Notes under the pieces: generated by a model
Told to the model about the DNA's origin: nothing
Databases searched by the model: none
The model's input: the letters and a program-made list of their open reading frames with translations, nothing else
From: Chloropicon primus
Lineage: Eukaryota
Assembly (NCBI GenBank): GCA_023205875.1
Contig: CP060762.1
Span: forward strand, 620,001-684,000
Direction of reading: 5' to 3'
Length of the DNA stretch: 64,000 bases
Program-made: the position numbers and the translations under genes
Part shown: positions 1 through 12,200 of the stretch, piece by piece
Numbering within the stretch: the stretch's first letter is position 1
Layout of the letters: every line of letters starts with the position of its first letter

Positions 1-47
1 ACCGTCGCTTTGCTTCTCGAGGTTGTCTCGGGGCTGACCCACGAGCA

Positions 48-180
48 AGGAGGAAGAAGAAGAGGAAGGAGCCAGAAGGAAGAAGAGGAAGAGGAAGAGG
101 AGCCAGAAGGAAGAAGAGGAAGAGGAAGAGGAGCCAGAAGGAAGAAGAGGAAGAGGAGCCAGAAGGAAGGAGGAAGAAGA
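48..180. repeat. Purine-rich degenerate tandem repeat (GAGGAAGAGGAGCCAGAAGGAAGAA-like units)
   Basis: Four near-copies of GAGCCAGAAGGAAG separated by GAGGAA runs. Confidence 0.7.
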
Positions 181-884
181 TGCTCCACCTCACTCACTCG
201 CTCGTCACCCTCGGTGGGCCCGTTGCCCGGTTGTAAGCCAGTTGTAACAGGAAATCTCTCTTTTCCCTTCAAAGGGGGAAAAATTCAAATTTTTCTGATT
301 TTTTTTCCTTTTCTATGTTTTGTTCGCCGCGTTCTTGTGCTTTTCGCGCCTTGGGCTAAATGTTTGGACGAGGAGAGGCGGCGAGTCGTAACGCCGATCG
401 ATCGGTTACAGAACAGAGAGGGGAGGAAAGAAACCAACCACAAGGTGGCGGGACTCTGGGGATCAACGCCTGCGAGGGAACGTGAGGAGGGTTTGGGCGA
501 AGGGCTTCGTCCCTTTTTTTTGGTGGTCCCCTTCCGTTTTTTTTCTCTCTCGCGCGCGGGGGACGAAACCGAGAACGAGAACGAGTTTTTTTGTTTTTGT
601 TTTTGGGGTTGACCCGGCACCTCTGGGTGGTGATCCATAGGGTATTGGAGATTGGGATTGAGAGACTCATTCATGGGCCTTTGAGCGCGCGAGCCTGCTT
701 GAATCCCCCACCCCACCCCTTTCCTGGACGCTTGCTTTGCGTGGGCCGTTGTACCACCCATCCACGCAATCGCAAGCGCGCCAAACACACACACACACAT
801 CACACACACACACACACTGCTACGACCGACTATCGATCCGCTCCACCACCACCTGGTCACCACCTGGCTTAGCCCAGACCTAGC

Positions 885-2225
885 ATGAACGGCGAAAGCC
901 TGGGCGACAACAAGAGCAGCATGGCTCCCGAGAATGAATTGCACGGCAGCAGCAAGGAGGGCCACTCCCCTCCCCCCGCCTGCTCGCCGGAAGCCTCCTC
1001 CGACAAGGAGAACCGCCACCACAACAACCACGACAGCCATTCTCGGCAACCGCCACCGAGCAACACTAGAGGAGGAGCCAACACTAGAGGAGGAGGCAAG
1101 TCCGAGCTGGCCCGCCAGGTCAACCGCTTCTCGTCGGAGGAGCTCCAGTACCTGGAGCAGAAGTTCGCGGAGACCCCGACCCCGAACCTGGCGCTCAGGG
1201 AGGAGATCGCCCTCGCCCTCTCCAAGAGGAGGATGCAGAACGACTACGAGTGCATGAAGGGGGGGGCGACGATCACCAGGCTGACCCAGGTCCAGATCAA
1301 GTACTGGTTCGACCACCAGAGGAGGAAGAGGAAGAGGCTCAAGCTGAACCAGGACGCGGCGGCGAGGAAGATGCAAGCGATCGCCGAGCACGCATACAAC
1401 GGGAAGAACCAGCTCCCGGTGGCGGCGCACTACCTGCAGGGCCACCCCCTGGCGTACCAGCACCCTGGGGTGTCCATGAGCCCGGTGCCCCAGTACGACC
1501 CGAGCAGCAGCCAGTACCACTTCCAGGCCAAGACCCCGACCGGCGTCACCGCGACCTGCGACGTGGCGGGGCTCCAGCGCACGAGCCCCACGGGGGTTCT
1601 GCCCAGCCCGGTCCCCCTCAGCTTCGGGCCCTACCAGGCCTCCGCCGCTGGCCAGCAGCCCCCGCTGACCTCCCAGCAGAGCTCCGTGGGAGGCGCAGCC
1701 TCGATGCAGATGCAGATCCCGGCGAGCGTCCCCGCAGCCCCGGTGGCCATGCCCCTCCCCCTCCCCCTGCCGAGGAGCCAGGGAGGCGGCAGCCCCCCCC
1801 TCCCAAGCCAATCGGGCCACGGCTGGGACATGAACCACTACATCAAGTACTGGCAGGCCCTGTCGGTTCTGACCAAGAGCAGCCAGGGCCCAGTCGGCGG
1901 CCCGGCCTTGCTCCAGCAGCAGTTCAAGGTGGAGCAATACGCCCAAAACGACGTGATCGTCAAGAGGTTCGAGGGGCTCACCAAGGCCCTCTTCGTGCTG
2001 TCGGGGACTTTGAGGGTCTCGTACTATGCCAAGAGGGAGGACGAGATGCCTCACTTCTGCGCCCTCGTGTCTCAGGAGAGCTTCATTGGGAAGGCGGACC
2101 CCACCATTTGCTCGGCCGGGGGTCTCATGATTCAAGCCCAGACCCCCTGCTACTTGGCAGCGGTCGACGTGGAGCAAGGCCAAGAGATGAACAAGATCAA
2201 GGCCGAGCAGCAGGAGCAGCACTAG
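885..2225 (+). CDS. Atypical homeodomain protein with C-terminal cNMP-binding-like (CRP/cupin) domain
   Basis: 446-aa ORF. RFSSEELQYLEQKF...PNLALREEIA...QIKYWFDHQRRKRK matches homeodomain helices 1-3 with an insertion. The C-terminal YAQNDVIVKR...FVLSGTLRV...SFIG...AQTPCYL resembles a cNMP-binding beta-barrel. Confidence 0.8.
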   Translation: MNGESLGDNKSSMAPENELHGSSKEGHSPPPACSPEASSDKENRHHNNHDSHSRQPPPSNTRGGANTRGGGKSELARQVNRFSSEELQYLEQKFAETPTPNLALREEIALALSKRRMQNDYECMKGGATITRLTQVQIKYWFDHQRRKRKRLKLNQDAAARKMQAIAEHAYNGKNQLPVAAHYLQGHPLAYQHPGVSMSPVPQYDPSSSQYHFQAKTPTGVTATCDVAGLQRTSPTGVLPSPVPLSFGPYQASAAGQQPPLTSQQSSVGGAASMQMQIPASVPAAPVAMPLPLPLPRSQGGGSPPLPSQSGHGWDMNHYIKYWQALSVLTKSSQGPVGGPALLQQQFKVEQYAQNDVIVKRFEGLTKALFVLSGTLRVSYYAKREDEMPHFCALVSQESFIGKADPTICSAGGLMIQAQTPCYLAAVDVEQGQEMNKIKAEQQEQH

Positions 2226-2624
2226 AAATAAGTAGAGGGTTCGGGGGGGCACTGGAATGAACCCAAGGGGGCTTTCATTTTTCATTGAAACGTGCCTCGA
2301 AACCTAGGACCACCGGCAACTTGCTGGGAAACACAACAATAACCCTCCCAACGTGCGCCGCGTGCAAACGCCTTGCGCGTTTGCAGCGTTGGCGCCAAAG
2401 AAAAAGTAAAATATAAGTTTTTTTCAATGGGAGTCTTAGATCGATTTTTTTCATACACAGGCACAAAAGAGAAACCAAACCTTCTCGAGCATGGATTGAT
2501 GGTATGTCTTTCCGCCCTGCGGTCCTCCAAACACACACACAAAAAAAATAGATATCATTTGGGGGGCGTGAGGTCTGTCTCCGACCTCCTTCCCCCCGTC
2601 CACCCGCCTCGCGACGGTTCACAC

Positions 2625-4346
2625 CTAGCTGTTGATGAACTCCTGCATCTCTGTGATGGACTCCACCCAGTTCACCGCTTCCTTGGCGCCCTGGGTGTCC
2701 ATAATGTATTGCTTTTCTCCTGTCCTGACGATGAAGGAGTGGTCGCTCTTCACCGTGAGCTGGAGTCTGCTGTCCAACGGGATTTCCCCCTTCAGCTGCA
2801 TGTTGCTGGGATCCAAGTACAAGAGCCTCGCCTTGTCCGTCAGCAGCAGCAGCCTCTTCTTGTAGAACATGCCCTTGTACTTTTTCACCCTGCCCTCCTT
2901 GACGATGGACTCGTCGTCGGCGAGAATGCCCGTCCAGACGCTCTCCCCCTGGGCCTCGTGGTGGTCCTCTCCGCTCCACAGGAAGGCTTCCGTGGCTCCC
3001 CTGCCCCTCTGGCCGCCCACGTCCCTGACGTGACCCACGTTTGCTTGCGTGGGAATGATGTCCAAAAAGTCATCCGCCTCCGAATCCTCCTTCCTGGTTA
3101 TCTCCACGACCTCTGGCGGCGTCATCTCCCTCACCCTCGACCAGTCCAAGCCCGCAAAGAAAGGGTGCGACTTGATCTCCTCTGCTCCCCCTGGACCAGA
3201 GCCCAACCTCTCCTTCGGATCGGTCACAAGAAGCCTTTTCACCAAGTCTGCTGCCTCCAGTGGCATTACGCCCACGCCCGGCAGGGTGTAGTCCAGCTCC
3301 TCTATCTTTTGGAAAGTCAGGTACTGACTCCCCCCTCTAAATGGCGGCTTGCTCACAATCATCTGGTAGAACAAGCACCCGAATGACCACCAGTCCATGG
3401 CGGTGCTGGCCATCCCGCCGTTGAGCACCTCTGGCGCCGCGTACTCCGCCGTTCCTACAAAGCTAGTCTTCCTCTCCGGCTCGACGCTGGGGTCGTACTC
3501 GTTCCCTGCTGCGACCATCTCGATCTCCTGGAGCAGCTTCACGCTACCAAAGTCGCCCAGTTTCAGGTGCCCCTCCTCCGTCAGCAACAAGTTCTCCGGC
3601 TTGAGGTCCCGGTGCACGATACCCTTCTTATGCAAGAACTCTAGGATCAATATAACTTCCGCGGCGTAAAACTTGACGTCGTCAATTGGGAGCTGCCCCC
3701 TCTCTTGTATCTGGTCGAAGAGCTCGCCCTACAATTCGAGAGTCGAGCAAAAGGAAAACACCGAACCCGTTAGCCGATTCCGCCGGGGGCAAACAAAACC
3801 GAAGGAAATATAACCCCAGACAGCTATCACGCTTTCATGCTTGCTTCCACACTCCGCGCAGGACTCGCGGAGGCTCCCGTCCGGTCGAGTCGACGGGCGT
3901 CCTCATCGAATTGGGGCGACGCCGTCCACGCCCTCGTCCCGTCGCCTGGAAGCCACGGCCTTCGAGACTTCTCCAACCTCCGAGGATGAAGCTTCTTCGC
4001 TTTCGTGCGGATCCCTTACCTTTGGACAGAGCTCTAAACCCAGATAGAGAGAGTGTGCGTCCTGAAACGTGAAGCAGAGGTTGACGAGGCCCTCGTGCTT
4101 CAGAGCATCGAGGACTCTCCTCTCCCTCAACACGTACTCGGCCTTCCCTTCCTTGACGATGTGCCTTTTGTCCATTATCTTCAAAGCATAGTTTTGGCCG
4201 CTGCGTTTTAACTTGGCTTCGAGGACTTGCGCGAACGAGCCAGCGCCCAGAACTTTCTCGATCTCGAAGTCCTCCATGGTCAAGGCCGCCCGAGGAGCGC
4301 GCACTGTCGTGGCGCCCCCCTTGTCCTGGAGGCCCGTCGTCGCCAT
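2625..4346 (-). CDS. PDK1: 3-phosphoinositide-dependent protein kinase 1 (AGC kinase + PH domain), 2 exons (4346-4020, 3728-2625)
   Basis: GAGSFAQV, YALKIMDK, HRDLKPEN, DFGS, SFVGTAEY motifs; C-terminal PH domain (KRLLLLTDKARLLYLDP). GT-AG intron 4019-3729 joins CPK|GELFDQI in frame. Confidence 0.93.
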
Positions 4347-5325
4347 GGTCTCTCTGTTTTGATCCTTCCCTCCTCGGTCTGGGAATCCAGCCACCAGCCT
4401 GGGAGCCTGAGGAGAGAGACAGAGACAGAGAGGGAGGGAGGGAGGGAGGGACTTGATCCAATGCCGGGAGGGAGGGGGAAGGGGGGGACAAGGCAAGGGA
4501 AGGTCTAGATCCAAAGAATAGCTCTTGCTCTTTCGCTGCAGCCTTGGTCGAAGAAGATGACGACAGGGGGAAGATGGAGACGCCACAAACCAAGCTCGGA
4601 CGATGGATGGAGCCTGCCAGTGGTGAAGGGTCGTCGGTCATCGGTAGCAGGCAGCGGGTTCCACCGATCGTGGTGCACCACAGTGGATCCCGCGACCAGT
4701 CAAGGAATCGCGGTCTCATCGGACTCATCATGGCCCGGATGACCCGCAGAGTTTGCCTGTGCCCTTTGTCTAACGCACGTCCAAGTTCATGCAAGGCTGA
4801 AAGGAAAGGGTCTAAAAAAGATGGTCATCAAACCAGGGGCGAGGCGAAGCTGTCGTCCTGAAGCGGGTCTCGGAGACGCCTTCATCCTAGCCTGGCGGGC
4901 CCGTCGAGATGCAATGCATCGATGCTTCCAAAGCATCCTCCCCCTTCATGCTCATATTTCTTATTTTTTTTACTCCCTTGGATTGGCAAAGCAAAGCCTC
5001 CAAAGTCTATTGATTGATTGATTGATTGAGGTCAAACCAGTGGGAGACTTGGAGGTGAGAAGGCTGCTTGGGCTGAACCTTGGAGAGGCCTCGTCCATCG
5101 CCCTTGCTCTGCTCAGGCTCGTGCCCTAGCGCAGGGCACTGCCGTGGCCGAAACACGACGCGGAACCAGAACAAGCCTTGCCTTGTCTTGCCTTGGACTT
5201 GAAGCAAACCACGAGGTGCTGGCTGATTTGAGAGAGGGTGTTGATTTACGAAACGAAATGGTTTCCTGAATACAGGGACACGGTATCACTGACAAAGATC
5301 TCGACTTGCTTGCAGTCTGCTCAAG

Positions 5326-5457
5326 ATGGAAGCCAAGGCTATCGTTTTCGTTACCCTGGGTGCTGTGGTCTTAGGTTTTGTTGGGTTCATTTACTTGACG
5401 AGTTCCATGACCAATATTCCTATGTTCAAGCCTGGAGTTGGCAAGGACGAGCTCTAG
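5326..5457 (+). CDS. Small membrane peptide or terminal exon ending in KDEL (MEAKAIVFVTLGAVVLGFVGFIYLTSSMTNIPMFKPGVGKDEL)
   Basis: Manual translation: 43 aa, one hydrophobic helix, C-terminal KDEL. Preceded by a CTGAC branch-like site and a TTGCAG acceptor at 5310-5315. Confidence 0.6.
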   Translation: MEAKAIVFVTLGAVVLGFVGFIYLTSSMTNIPMFKPGVGKDEL

Positions 5458-5611
5458 GACGCTGGCGCTGCAAGGGCCACGCGCCACGAAAAATATAGAT
5501 ATACAAGGCATATGTATCAAAGCTTAATCGTCGAGTAGTGTTGAGGACTTTTTCTGCAAAGCAGATCTGCTTCTGCTTGATCCCCACACACACCCCTGCC
5601 TGGCCTCAGTG

Positions 5612-6626
5612 TTAGATCTCCGACTCCGACTCCTCCTCCGATTCGGCTTGGATGGTATCCATCTCCATCTCGAGCTCCTCCTCCTCCTCCTTGTCCCAAT
5701 CCTTGAGCTTCGTCCTCCCCGAGAGGCCGACAAAGCCATCGCGCAGGACGTCCCAACCAGCTCCGCCTGTGCTCTGGTCCGCCTCTTTACTCACCCCGAT
5801 GGACTTGCCACCCTCGATTCGGGCCACGTTCTTCGCCGCGCCCTCTAACTGGTCCATCAAGTTGCTCTTCGCTTGGTTGACCTGTTCCCGGTCGCGGCCA
5901 GCTCTCTGGTGCTGCCTTTGGGCTTGATAGATTGCATTAAACAGCTTCACCACTCCCTTGGGTACGCGTGCGCGTGAAACAAAAAGCGTGCAGACGTGTC
6001 AATACCCCGAGGCGAAGGGGGACCCAAGATATCTTCCCCGCGTGGGTGATGCACGTACCTTTGTAGTCGTCCTCACCAGTCGCCTCTCAAGAGCGTCTTG
6101 TTCTGGGTTCAAACCATACTTCACCGCCGTGACGTGACCCTTCTCTCGGATCTCTAGCCTCTGCTTTCTGTTGGACAGGATCTTCTTTCGGAGCTCCTTG
6201 GCCTTCTTGTCCTCTTCCTTGTTCAGAATCTTGCCCTCCTGCACACAAGACCACCACGAAGAGAAGAGGTCAGTTTCATACTCAATCCTGTCCTTCCTTC
6301 GTGAGGCAGCAAGACACTTACCGCAAGGATGGGACCCGCCGTTCCCTTCGCCCTCTTCCCCAGTATCTTCGCGAAGGCGGAGGCCATGCTCTTCCTCTTT
6401 CCAGCGCCCTTGTCGTTCTCCACCTCTTCATCCTCTGCAGGACAGGAGAGAAAATCCCAGAAACAAAAACGAGTCTCCACGAGTCAGAACAAAACCGAGC
6501 TTGGAAACGATTCAAGCAACCGCACGCACCTTCCCCCTCGTCGATGTTCACATTGATCTCGACGTCGTCCTCCTCCTCCGCTTCGTGAGCGTTCCGTCGC
6601 CTCCTGCTGGTTGTCGGCTCCTCCAT
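5612..6626 (-). CDS. RRP15: Ribosome biogenesis protein Rrp15, 4 exons (approx. 6626-6530, 6434-6322, 6238-6059, 5958-5612)
   Basis: Spliced product has ERRLVRTTTK|GVVKLFNAI and WDVLRDGF...KLKDWD, both Rrp15p signatures; GT-AG introns. Confidence 0.85.
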
Positions 6627-7245
6627 CACGATAACTGAATCCCGGTGCCTCTCTCTTTCTCTTTCTCTCGCCACGGCGGAAGCCGTCCACGCACGCGTCA
6701 AAGAACGACGCAAGGGTCGAGTGAGGATCCCGTAGACGAAGTTCCGCACCTCGAGGTGCCAATCACTCCCTGCCTCCTCTTCCGTCTGCTCCTCTTCCTT
6801 CGACAGCGCCAGCCCGGCGGCGTCCTGCTGCTGCTCTCTGCTGCTGCAGATTTCGCGGAAGGAAACAGAGGAGCCCAGAGGAGGGAGGCTCATGCATGGA
6901 GGACGAGGACAAGGGGGAAGGGCCTGTACAGGAGGAGTGGTGGATGCACAGTCTCTTCCTCTCTCTCTCTCTGAAGAGCCATTCCCTTGCTTGCGCTGGG
7001 GAAAGAGGGGAGGAAGGGGATTGATCGTGACCATGATGACGATTGTCATCAGGAAGGGAAGGGACAGGGCAAGGGCAGGGGTCATCTCTCCTGGATTGCT
7101 CGACTCGAGTAATATATATATATATATATTTTTTTTAATTCATAAAAATATCGTCTTTGAATCGTGTCAGCGAGAGCGTGGCTCTCTTCTCCTTCTTCTT
7201 CTTCTTCTTCTTCTTGTTCGCACGCTTGCGAGGAGCTCTTCTCGC

Positions 7246-8244
7246 TCACTTGGCTTTGCTTCGGACCTTCGAGTGCTTGGAGTTCTTTATCTGCATGTTC
7301 CACAAGAGCCCCGCGAAGAGAAGCCCGATGCCCACCCACTGCTGGCCCACCAAGGTGCTGCCGAGGAACACGGAGGAGATCAGAATGCTGAAGAACTTTC
7401 GGGTCGTGGTCACCAAGGTCAAAGTGAGCGCCCCAAACTTGTTGATGGTCAAAAAGATGAAGAGCTGGCCGAGGGCTCCGCAGAGGCAGAAAGCGAGGAC
7501 GTCCAGCAGCGATTTGGGGTGGGACACCAGGAAGGAGACGAGCTCCATGCCGACGGTGCTGAACCCAAACATGTAGGCGCAGAGCATGGACCCCGTCCAG
7601 AAGTTCATCCAGCACATCATGTCGAGGGAAGAAGTCGACTTGTAAGTGGAGTTGATCTTGTCCTGGTACGCGTTCGTGAAGCCATCGAAGGCGAGGTTGA
7701 CCATGCACAGCGAGTAGCCCAGAAGCAGGTTGGGCTCCATCAGCTTCTTGTTCGCCGCCGAGCTCTTTTTCATGGAGAAGACGACCAGACCGACGCAGAT
7801 CAGTGCGACGCAGAGGTACTCCTTCAGGGAGTAGCGCTTCTTCCCGAAGATGGTTCCCATGACCATCACGGGCACCAGCTTGCACGACTTCACCAGGACC
7901 TGGGACGAGTACGGGATGTTCTTCAGGGCAAGGATGCCCAAAGCGGGTCCCACCGTGTTGGTCAGCGCAGGCTTCAAGTACTCCAAAAGCGGCGTGGATT
8001 TCTGCCCTCTCTTGGCCTTGCGTCCGCCAAAGGAGAGGAAGAGGTTGACGAGCCCCGCTGCGAAGAAGCAGACAAAGCTCTGCAGACCGTGAAGCATCCC
8101 GAGGTGGGGCAACCTCACCTCACCGGGCTCATACTTCGAAGTCGTTATCCTTTCCTGCAAGTAACCCTGGTAAAGGTACGCAGTGTAGATGCCCGCCGCG
8201 CAAAGCAACAAACCCACAAAGCGCCCCGAGCCCGTTCCGCTCAT
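7246..8244 (-). CDS. UDP-galactose/UDP-glucose nucleotide-sugar transporter (UAA family, SLC35B1/UTR1-3-like)
   Basis: YLYQGYLQE, KSCKLVPVM, DGFTNAYQD, TTTRKFFSILIS motifs; about 10 TM helices; C-terminal KxK-like tail. Confidence 0.92.
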   Translation of the reverse strand: MSGTGSGRFVGLLLCAAGIYTAYLYQGYLQERITTSKYEPGEVRLPHLGMLHGLQSFVCFFAAGLVNLFLSFGGRKAKRGQKSTPLLEYLKPALTNTVGPALGILALKNIPYSSQVLVKSCKLVPVMVMGTIFGKKRYSLKEYLCVALICVGLVVFSMKKSSAANKKLMEPNLLLGYSLCMVNLAFDGFTNAYQDKINSTYKSTSSLDMMCWMNFWTGSMLCAYMFGFSTVGMELVSFLVSHPKSLLDVLAFCLCGALGQLFIFLTINKFGALTLTLVTTTRKFFSILISSVFLGSTLVGQQWVGIGLLFAGLLWNMQIKNSKHSKVRSKAK

Positions 8245-9266
8245 CCTTCCGTCCCCCAAGGTAGTGCCACGCCGCGTCTCAACCTAAAGCCTTCGCTCTC
8301 TCGTGCTGCACCGGTGCAACCTCCCTTCGCTTTCTCGTTGTGCACGCACACGTCAATGCCCGGCCGTCACGCCAATGCCGAGAACGTGAGGTACCAAGTG
8401 AGGCACTAATGGAAAGCCCGTGAGAAGACCTTTCGGCTGTACCCGTGTCCTCTCTGTCCCGCCGCCTTGACCTTCTTCTCTCGCCCCTCTATTATTGGCG
8501 CCACTCTCTCGCTCGCTCGCCACGTCACACCATAAAGCAGAGAGATGATCCAAAGCAGCGGAGCGGGGAGAGCAGCGGGAGGGGGAGCAATGGTGATGGA
8601 TGGATATGGTGATGGATATGGACTGATTACGGTCCACGGTCTCTTTGTCCACCACCTTGACGATGACGATGGTCTCTTCTCCCTTGCAGAGGAAGAGGGA
8701 AAGGGGCTGTCGAGGGGCAATTGGAGTGATGAAGTGGTGGAGACACAGAGAGAGAGGGAGAAGCAGAAAGCAGAAGCAGGAGGGGGACGAGGAAGGATTG
8801 GGATTGTTGCTGTGGAGTTTCGAGGAGGAGTGATTGGTGATTCTCTCTCTCTTTCTCTGTCTGTGTCTGTGTCTGTGTGTTTGTGTGAAGTTAATTATCC
8901 AATCGACCACAGCACTGTGGTGGTCGTCCAATGGTTTTTGATTTTGAACGAGAAAGGAGCCAAGAGGGCGGGAAGACAGAAGCACAGGGGGCAGTGATCC
9001 CCAGGACCAAAGGGGCCGCCTTTGGGGGTAGTAGAGCAGTAAGAGGAGAGGGAGCAAGGACACGGAGCCGAGGGACTCTGTGTGGTCTGTCGGGAGCTAG
9101 ACCCTGCCCAAGGTGTTGCCTTGAGGTCAAGACGCACACACACACACACAGAGAGAGAGAGCAAGGAAGGGTGCCACGCTCGTGGTCTGTCAGGAGCAGG
9201 AGGAAGACCCCGGCCAAGGTGTGCGTGCCTTGAGACGGGACAACGGAGAGTGGGTCGTTCGTCACA

Positions 9267-12200
9267 ATGGAAGTGGCCAAGACGTACATAGTGGTGGCGA
9301 AGAGGCCGTTCTCGCCGACGGTGCACCTCGGTGCGGACGGGACGACGGAGGAATCTGGCGGGCCAGGGACAAGCAGCATGGAGACTGGCAAGGGCCCCCC
9401 CTCTTCGTACATCAAGGTCCCGGTGACCCTGAAGGACAAGCTTCCCGGGAGCGAGCAACAGCACTTCAAGGTGCAGAAGAAGGTCGTGTCCCTCGAGAGG
9501 AAGAAGAAGGAGAAGCCCAAGGCCACTGGAGCGAAGCCCCAGCAGGTGAGTTACAGCGTGGACAAGGACAAGCTGGAGCAGCAAAGGAGGGAGAAGGAGA
9601 GGCTCAAGCTGATCAGGGACAGGAAGAGGGAGGAGGAGAAGGCGGTCAGGAAGGCGCAGGCGAGGGTGGTGAAAGCGGCCGTCGCGGAGCACGGGGTCCA
9701 GACGGACTCCACCATGGCAAGGCAGAGGAGGAAAGCCCCTGCGGCGACGACGAGGGTCGCCGCGTCTGGGGCGAGGGGCGGGGAGGGAAGCGAGCAGCAG
9801 CCCAGAGCGTCGACCTCGAAAGCCCAATCGCACCACGTTCCATTCCCCATCTCCTCGGAGAAGAGGAAGCAGCAGCCCCCGGGCGGCAACAAGGACCAGC
9901 TCAGGCTGAGCAAGGGTGGTATTACCGTGTTCAAGGCAAGGCCGCAGAGGCCCCAGCCTTTCTTCAAGAAGGCGGCTCACAGCTTGCAGAACGCCAAGGC
10001 CTCGTCGAGCGACCAGGCGGGGAAGTCCTCTCCCATCACGTTTCTGTCTCCCTTGGCCCCGAAGAGGATGCCCATCGCACCAAAGCTGGCGCTGCAAGAG
10101 ATCGCCAAGGAGAAGGAGCTGGAGGAGAAGAAGGCGTCGGACGAGCAGAAGAGGAAGGACGCCGTCGCTGTCTTGCTCCGCAGGGTCAAGGAGGACATCC
10201 AGAAGCACCACATGAAGCGCCGGCATGAGCTGGAGACCAAGTGCCAAGAGAGCACCGAGAAGTTCGCTTCCGTATCCGCCCTGCTTCACAGCGGGAAGAG
10301 GAAGTCGAGAGCGCCGCTGACTCCTGCGAACCTCAACAAGCAGCCCCAAGACGACGCGAGGAAGAAGAAGGCAAAGGCAGCGGCGGCGGCAAGCAAGGCC
10401 TCGTCGAAGGGGGGGGAGAACCTCAGGAACCTCAAGAAGAAGACTTTGGAGGAGATCTTGAACGACGGCCCTGCAGAGGATGACCCGGCGGCGGTGAAGA
10501 GCAAGGGTGGACGGGACTATCCCAAACCCTGGCAGACCCACATGAAGAAGCAGCCGGCCAAGGAGAGTGGAGAGGGGGGCGAGGCTCTTGCAAGCGCCGG
10601 GGGGGCTACCGCTGCCGCCTCGAGCTCGGGTGGTGCGAAGCCTGCGTCCACTTCGTCGGTCCTCGGTGAGCTGTACGACATCTTGGACGAACCCGACGAC
10701 GCAGCGGAGGGCGGCGAGGTGGACAAGAAGAAGGAAGAGATTCTGAGGTTCATGAAGAAGAAGAGGGTCGAGTACAGCAAGAACCTCAAGGAGCAGAGCG
10801 ACAAGGAAGAGGAGCGCAGGCATCTGATGAGAAATGTGCACAGGGAATACGGAGAACACAGCAAGCTTCTGGCCAAAGACATGGTGACGCACCACAGGGA
10901 CGTCATCGCCAAAGCTGAGAAGAAGCTGAAGGAGAGGCCGGGGTGGGTCTACGACTTTGCGGGCGTGCCTTACGAGGACTGCTCCAACAGCGACGAGGAC
11001 GGCAAGGGCGACGATGCGGATGCAGGAGGCGAGGTGGATGCGGGCAAGCGGGAACCGGCGGGGGGAGCCAAGGGGGAGAGGAAAGGCGCCCAAGCGAAGG
11101 CCCCGAAGCCAAGGCAAGTGAAGCTGGTGAAGATTCCGAAGAAAATGCGCAAGGCAACAGAACCCGGGGAAAAGGAGGTTTCCATCAAATCCGCTGTGAA
11201 GGCACTGGCCACCCCGCCAAAGCCTCTGAAGAAACCGGAGAAGAAGAAAGCTGAGGAGCGGCGTGAGGAGGCGATGGAGGAGCCTGAGGCGACGACCAAG
11301 AAAAAGAAAGCGAAGAAGGCCAAGCCCTCGACCTCGAAGCCGAAGAAGGCCAAGGGGGGCACCACCACCACCAAGGGGAAGAAGCTGTCCAAAATGCAGA
11401 AGGAGATCAACGAGCTCAAGGGCATTGCGACGCTTGGGGAATCGGCCATGCTCGCAAAGTTGAACGAGGTCGCCCAGCGGCTGCATTCCAAGCTCGTGGC
11501 TCTGGAGGAGGGCGGCCCCACCCCGGAGGACCACCTGATCAGGGAAGACTTGGAGACCCTGCAGCTTGACCTTGGCGTGGCCGCACAGGGATTTCAGAAC
11601 GATGAGTTCTCCTTCTCTCCCGTGAGATCGCCCTCAGCAGCCCTGCAGGGGTCTCCCGCGGCGAGATCTCCGGTGAGATCTCCCCAAAGGTCTCCCGGGG
11701 GGGGTGCCACTGCTGAGGAGGCCATGAGGGCCACGGAGGCGCTGCACGACCAGTTGGTTGTTGCGTACAACTCCGACGGAAGCGTATCGGCCGTGTCGTC
11801 CCCAGGCAAGCATTTTGCGGATGAAGCCGAGGAGGCCATGAAAGCGACAGAAGCCCTTCACGAGCAGCTTGTGATGAAGCAGTACGATTCTGAGGACGAC
11901 AGCTACCAGAGCCCACGCAGCAGCCGGATCATGGGAAGCGATTTCGACCTGAGGTCCCCCCCTTCCGTGCGCACCTTGTCCCCTTCCGGATCCATCGACG
12001 AGAGCATCCTGGCGGGGACGCTCTCGCCCAAGGAGAAGGAGGAAGCCGACCTGGTCACAAACGTTGTCTCTCTGTTGGTCCCTTCGGATCTTGAGGTCAG
12101 ATCCCCAACGCTACTGTCCCCAAAGTCCAGCAACGCCAGCTCGGTGAAGAGGACTCCAAAGGCCAGGACGCCGAAGTCCAGGTCCCCAAAGTCTGCAAGG

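Noticed and set aside
285..2285. Long antisense ORFs (also 8895-11534, 30740-32605, 34192-36654, 42086-43870, 51787-53523, 61764-63353)
   Set aside because: Shadow ORFs opposite real genes, expected from high GC3 codon bias; no motifs.
6627..7085. In-frame N-terminal extension of RRP15 exon 1
   Set aside because: It crosses GA microsatellites and has no recognisable motif; cannot be supported without transcripts.
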